From NCBI RefSeq assembly GCF_988243305.1, contig NZ_OZ547136.1: a stretch of 64,000 nt of DNA; one strand, written 5' to 3'. The notes below the pieces were generated by a model that was not told the origin of the DNA, ran no database searches, and was given only the letters and a program-made list of their open reading frames with translations. The translations under genes were made by a program, and so were the position numbers. Positions 59,009-64,000 of this stretch are shown here, piece after piece. Within the stretch, counting starts at the first letter, position 1. Every line of letters begins with the position of its first letter.

Positions 59009-59299
59009 TTATTTTCCCCGGAAGCACATTTACTTCACAATTTGTTTACATCAATTTTAACACATCATCAACAATCCGTCTTTATACAGATCGTAAAGAT
59101 TGATGCCTCGCCAGCGTGGCCTCTATGGCTCTGATTTAAATAATATCTGCGGGCGTGGTCACGTTTGCGGGGCTATATGTACCCGTTTCTGCGATCTAAC
59201 TCAACCTTTTTAACTACAATGATGTGACTTTTTACATAAATTGATTTTACATAAAATAAACATATATCGGGGGAATGATGGATTTATGGTTGACATGCA

Positions 59300-59326
59300 T
59301 CAACAAAGGAAGCCTTTTAGCTTCCT
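59300..59326 (-). terminator. Intrinsic terminator downstream of bcr
   Basis: aggaagc-cttttag-gcttcct hairpin followed by a T-rich tract on the minus strand. Confidence 0.6.
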
Positions 59327-59340
59327 CGTTGTGCAATAGA

Positions 59341-60531
59341 TCACCGTTTTTTCGGCCGACTGGCGTACAGACAGAAGAGAATGGAGCTGGTTGCGCAGAA
59401 TGCAATTGACCAAATCATCGGCCATGCAGAGTTAAAGGTCGCAAGAGAAAGCAATGCGCCAACAATTGCCCCTATGCCGAAACGGAAGGTTCCTGCCAGC
59501 GAAGATGCCGTTCCCGCCATATGGGGAAACTCATCCAGAATGACCGCCATCGCATTGGATGACACCATCGACACGCAGCCCACAAACGCCGCAACGCCAA
59601 CCACCAGCGACCAGAATCCCAGCCCCAGCAGCGCACTGATGACCATCCACGCCGCCATAATAAACTGTATCCACAACCCCGAGCGGAACATATTTAACGC
59701 GCCAATTCGGCGGACAAAGCGGCTGTTAAAGATGGTCATCACGAACAGGAAAACAATGTTTAGCGCAAAGTAATAACCAAAGTTTTCCGGCGCGACGTGG
59801 TTAATTTCAATGTAGACAAACGGTCCGGCGCTTAAGAACGAGAACATCCCGGCAAAGCTGAAACCACTGGCAAGCATATAACTCAGGACACGCTTATGAC
59901 GGAACAGCGCCGCAAAGTTACCAATAGTAGTACGAATGTGAAAAGGCTGGCGACGCTCCGGTGGTAAGGTTTCTTTGATCAGAAAGAAGATCATTGCCGA
60001 AGCCAGAATCGCCGCCACAGCGAGGATCCAGAAGATGTAATGCCAGCTCAGCCACACCAGCACCCAGCCGCCAACTATCGGTGCCATCAGCGGTGCAATG
60101 GTCGTCACCAGCATGACAAACGACATCATCCGCGAGAACTCTTCTTTCGGGTAGATATCACGCATCAAAGCGTTGATAACCACGCTGGCCGCAGCCGCAG
60201 CCAGACCGTGGAAGAAACGCATCACAATCAGCTGATCGATGGTTTGTGCCAGCGCACACGCCACCGCGGCGGCGGCAAACACCAGCGTACCGCCAAGAAC
60301 CACCGGCTTACGCCCGAAACTGTCTGCCATCGGCCCGTAGATTAACTGCCCCAACGCAAAGCCCAGAATATAAGTACTGAGGGTCATCTGCGTACTGCCC
60401 GCCGGTACGCCAAACTGCGCTGAAATTACCGGTAGCGCGGGCAGATACATATCAATCGACAGCGGCATCAACATGGCCAGCAGGCCAAGGATAAAAACAA
60501 TAGCAAACGACGAATGCTGTCGGGTGGTCAC
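59341..60531 (-). CDS. bcr: MFS multidrug efflux transporter (bicyclomycin resistance)
   Basis: 396-aa product [40 protein letters not shown]... Confidence 0.95.
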   Translation of the reverse strand: MTTRQHSSFAIVFILGLLAMLMPLSIDMYLPALPVISAQFGVPAGSTQMTLSTYILGFALGQLIYGPMADSFGRKPVVLGGTLVFAAAAVACALAQTIDQLIVMRFFHGLAAAAASVVINALMRDIYPKEEFSRMMSFVMLVTTIAPLMAPIVGGWVLVWLSWHYIFWILAVAAILASAMIFFLIKETLPPERRQPFHIRTTIGNFAALFRHKRVLSYMLASGFSFAGMFSFLSAGPFVYIEINHVAPENFGYYFALNIVFLFVMTIFNSRFVRRIGALNMFRSGLWIQFIMAAWMVISALLGLGFWSLVVGVAAFVGCVSMVSSNAMAVILDEFPHMAGTASSLAGTFRFGIGAIVGALLSLATFNSAWPMIWSIAFCATSSILFCLYASRPKKR

Positions 60532-60558
60532 AACGGGCTCCTGAAAGTCATTAAAAAG

Positions 60559-61254
60559 TTAGACGACGCTGGCAATTTCTTCTTCAGTTAACGGACGATA
60601 TTCACCGGGGGCTAAATCAGCATCCAGCGTAATGCCGCCAATACGTTCACGATGCAGCTCAACCACATGGTTACCCACGGCGGCGAACATACGTTTCACC
60701 TGATGATAACGCCCTTCGCTGATGGTCAAACGAACCTGCGTTGGGGTAATCACTTCCAGCACCGCCGGCTTAGTGAGATCTTTTTCGTTATGCAGCTGCA
60801 CGCCTTTAGCAAATTGCTCTGCCGTATCGTCAGCTACGGGTGATTCCAGCGTCACCAGATAGGTCTTCTCGCAATGATGGCGCGGAGAAGTAATGCGGTG
60901 CGACCACTGACCATCATCTGTCATTAGTACCAGACCGGTGGTATCGATATCCAGACGCCCTGCGGCGTGCAGTTTCCACGCTACCGGTTCATCCAGAAAA
61001 TAGAGCACCGTTGGGTGATCAGGGTCGTCCGTGGAGCAAACATAGCCCTGAGGCTTATTGAGCATGAAGTAACGTGGACCGTGTTGCTGCGCCAGCGGGT
61101 TGCCATCGTAAGCGACATCATGTTCAGGGAGCAGTTTGAACGCTGCATTACGGACGATTTCGCCATCGACGGTGACACGATTGCCGCGGATTTCACGCCC
61201 GGCAATAGCACGGCTAACGCCGAGTTGCTGTGCGATAAATTTATCAAGTCGCAT
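60559..61254 (-). CDS. rsuA: 16S rRNA pseudouridine(516) synthase
   Basis: Product [36 protein letters not shown]... (S4 domain plus PSU synthase); 231 aa. Confidence 0.95.
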
Positions 61255-61403
61255 GTGTGTGATTTTGCCTGTAAAAAACGGAGGTCGGGTAATGACCCGA
61301 AAATCTGAACTGTTGTCTGCCCAGTATAGCGGTCTAATAACTTCCCTCAAGGGAAAAAGATCCGTGGCATACTATTAGCAGAATAATCTACCTACGCGAG
61401 ACC

Positions 61404-63164
61404 ATGATTTTTACACTCCGCCCATATCAGCAAGAAGCCGTGGATGCCACGCTCAACCATTTTCGTCGTCATAAAACCCCTGCCGTTATCGTGCTGCCCA
61501 CCGGTGCAGGTAAAAGCCTGGTGATAGCGGAACTGGCACGGCTGGCTCGTGGTCGCGTGCTGGTGCTGGCACACGTTAAAGAACTGGTGGCGCAAAACCA
61601 TGCAAAATATCAGGCGCTGGGGCTGGAAGCCGATATTTTTGCCGCCGGGCTAAAGCGCAAAGAGAGCCACGGTAAAGTGGTATTTGGCAGCGTGCAGTCG
61701 GTCGCCCGTAATCTTGATGCCTTTCAGGGTGAATTTTCGCTGTTGATTGTCGATGAATGTCACCGTATTGGTGACGATGAAGAGAGCCAGTATCAGCAAA
61801 TCCTCACTCACCTGACCAAAGTGAATCCCCACTTACGCCTGCTGGGGCTGACTGCCACGCCTTTTCGACTGGGCAAAGGCTGGATTTATCAGTTCCATTA
61901 TCACGGCATGGTACGCGGGGATGAGAAAGCCCTTTTCCGTGACTGCATTTATGAGCTGCCGCTGCGTTATATGATTAAACACGGCTATCTGACGCCGCCA
62001 GAACGGCTGGATATGCCGGTAGTGCAATACGATTTCAGCCGCTTGCAGGCACAGAGTAACGGGCTTTTCAGCGAAGCCGATCTCAACCGCGAGCTGAAAA
62101 AACAACAACGTATTACCCCGCACATCATCAGCCAGATTATGGAGTTTGCTGTAACGCGCAAAGGGGTGATGATTTTCGCCGCCACCGTTGAACACGCCAA
62201 GGAGATAGTGGGACTGCTGCCTGCCGAAGATGCAGCACTAATTACTGGCGACACACCCGGCGCTGAGCGCGATGTGTTAATTGAAGATTTTAAAGCCCAG
62301 CGTTTTCGCTATCTGGTCAACGTCGCGGTACTGACCACTGGATTTGACGCCCCGCACGTCGATCTTATTGCTATTCTGCGCCCTACCGAATCGGTGAGTC
62401 TTTACCAACAAATTGTCGGGCGCGGTCTGCGTCTCGCTCCAGGCAAGACTGATTGCTTAATTCTTGATTATGCGGGTAACCCTCACGATCTCTACGCGCC
62501 GGAAGTTGGTACACCGAAAGGCAAAAGTGACAACGTCCCGGTACAAGTTTTCTGCCCTGCCTGCGGTTTTGCCAACACCTTTTGGGGGAAAACGACCGCC
62601 GACGGGACATTGATTGAACACTTTGGTCGTCGTTGTCAGGGATGGTTTGAAGATGACGACGGTCATCGCGAACAATGTGACTTCCGTTTCCGTTTTAAAA
62701 ATTGCCCGCAATGTAACGCGGAAAACGATATTGCCGCCCGCCGCTGCCGCGAATGTGACACCGTACTGGTTGATCCGGATGATATGTTAAAAGCGGCGCT
62801 ACGACTGAAAGACGCGCTGGTATTACGCTGTAGCGGCATGTCTTTGCAGCATGGGCACGACGAGAAAGGCGAATGGTTGAAAATCACCTATTACGATGAA
62901 GACGGCGCGGATGTGAGTGAGCGTTTCCGTCTGCAAACGCCCGCCCAGCGTACCGCCTTCGAGCAGCTTTTTATCCGCCCGCATACGCGCACACCGGGCA
63001 TCCCTCTGCGCTGGATCACCGCCGCTGATATCCTCGCCCAGCAAGCATTACTGCGACACCCGGATTTTGTCGTCGCCCGCATGAAAGGTCAGTACTGGCA
63101 AGTGCGTGAAAAAGTGTTCGATTACGAAGGTCGTTTTCGTCGGGCGCACGAATTACGCGGTTAA
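61404..63164 (+). CDS. radD: Superfamily-2 DNA helicase/ATPase RadD (YejH)
   Basis: 586-aa product [38 protein letters not shown]... with DECH box and C-terminal zinc-finger cysteines. Confidence 0.95.
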   Translation: MIFTLRPYQQEAVDATLNHFRRHKTPAVIVLPTGAGKSLVIAELARLARGRVLVLAHVKELVAQNHAKYQALGLEADIFAAGLKRKESHGKVVFGSVQSVARNLDAFQGEFSLLIVDECHRIGDDEESQYQQILTHLTKVNPHLRLLGLTATPFRLGKGWIYQFHYHGMVRGDEKALFRDCIYELPLRYMIKHGYLTPPERLDMPVVQYDFSRLQAQSNGLFSEADLNRELKKQQRITPHIISQIMEFAVTRKGVMIFAATVEHAKEIVGLLPAEDAALITGDTPGAERDVLIEDFKAQRFRYLVNVAVLTTGFDAPHVDLIAILRPTESVSLYQQIVGRGLRLAPGKTDCLILDYAGNPHDLYAPEVGTPKGKSDNVPVQVFCPACGFANTFWGKTTADGTLIEHFGRRCQGWFEDDDGHREQCDFRFRFKNCPQCNAENDIAARRCRECDTVLVDPDDMLKAALRLKDALVLRCSGMSLQHGHDEKGEWLKITYYDEDGADVSERFRLQTPAQRTAFEQLFIRPHTRTPGIPLRWITAADILAQQALLRHPDFVVARMKGQYWQVREKVFDYEGRFRRAHELRG

Positions 63165-63180
63165 TGGTAGTTTTGATTGA

Positions 63181-63573
<393 letters not shown>

Positions 63574-63589
63574 TTGCTGAATAAGTTGT

Positions 63590-63618
63590 AAAAAACCCCG
63601 CTCCGGCGGGGTTTTTTG
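63590..63618 (+). terminator. Intrinsic terminator after rplY
   Basis: aaaaaccccgctccggcggggttttttg hairpin plus T-run. Confidence 0.85.
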
Positions 63619-63654
63619 TCTCTGCAAATTATGCCTGATTACGGTATTGCTATT

Positions 63655-63700
63655 TTTTGCAGGCCAGATAAGGCGTTCACGCCGCATCTGGCATTCAGAA
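63655..63700. repeat. REP element between rplY and yejK
   Basis: gccagataaggcgttcacgccgcatctggc palindrome. Confidence 0.6.
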
Positions 63701-63711
63701 CACAAAACCGA

Positions 63712-64000
63712 TTAATTGCCGCCAGACGTCCGGCGCTGCAATTGATCGCGCAAATTCGGCGGCGTGCCTTTAATGGTCAAGGTATCGGTTGCTGGATCCC
63801 AGAAGATGCGTTCACCTAACAGCATCGCATCAAAATTAATAGTCAAGCCACCGCCGCTACCGGCAAACTTCGTCAACTGACGCAGTGTGCTACGGTCTGC
63901 CGGGAAGCTCTCTTCCAGTTCGTAGCCTTTTTCAGCCGCAAACTCCGTGAAGCTCACTTCGCTGACGCCTGCCAGCTCTTTCGACAGCGACTCCAGCTCA
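63712..64000 (-). CDS. yejK: Nucleoid-associated protein NdpA (YejK), 3-prime part only (N-terminus beyond window end)
   Basis: Minus-strand C-terminus ...[23 protein letters not shown]; ORF runs off the window edge. Confidence 0.9.

Overview
This window reads as a contiguous, colinear stretch of Escherichia coli core chromosome (K-12-like order, roughly the 48-49 min region), running from the 3-prime part of osmF (yehZ) to the 3-prime part of yejK (ndpA). I recognise 57 protein-coding genes from their translated sequences, and all but one have the length expected for the K-12 orthologue. Coding density is high, operon structure is conserved (mglBAC, fruBKA, yejABEF, preTA, psuKG, yohJK), and intergenic spaces are filled by REP-type palindromes, intrinsic terminators and known regulatory sites. 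I see no rRNA, tRNA, CRISPR array, IS element, transposase, integrase or phage module, and no unexplained ORF longer than about 100 codons that is not an antisense shadow of a known gene. I therefore do not find a novel system here. The one clear anomaly is an in-frame TAA stop inside cirA (catecholate siderophore and colicin Ia/Ib receptor), which makes it a probable loss-of-function allele. Secondary observations are an apparently intact mdtQ (which I recall as a pseudogene in the K-12 reference), a hairpin that sequesters the nfo ribosome-binding site, two paralogous nucleoside-catabolism modules side by side, and some intergenic repeats. Gene starts were adjusted from the ORF track where the known N-terminus and a ribosome-binding site indicate an internal start; coordinates include the stop codon. 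All assignments come from reading the sequence and from memory of E. coli proteins; no database search was run.
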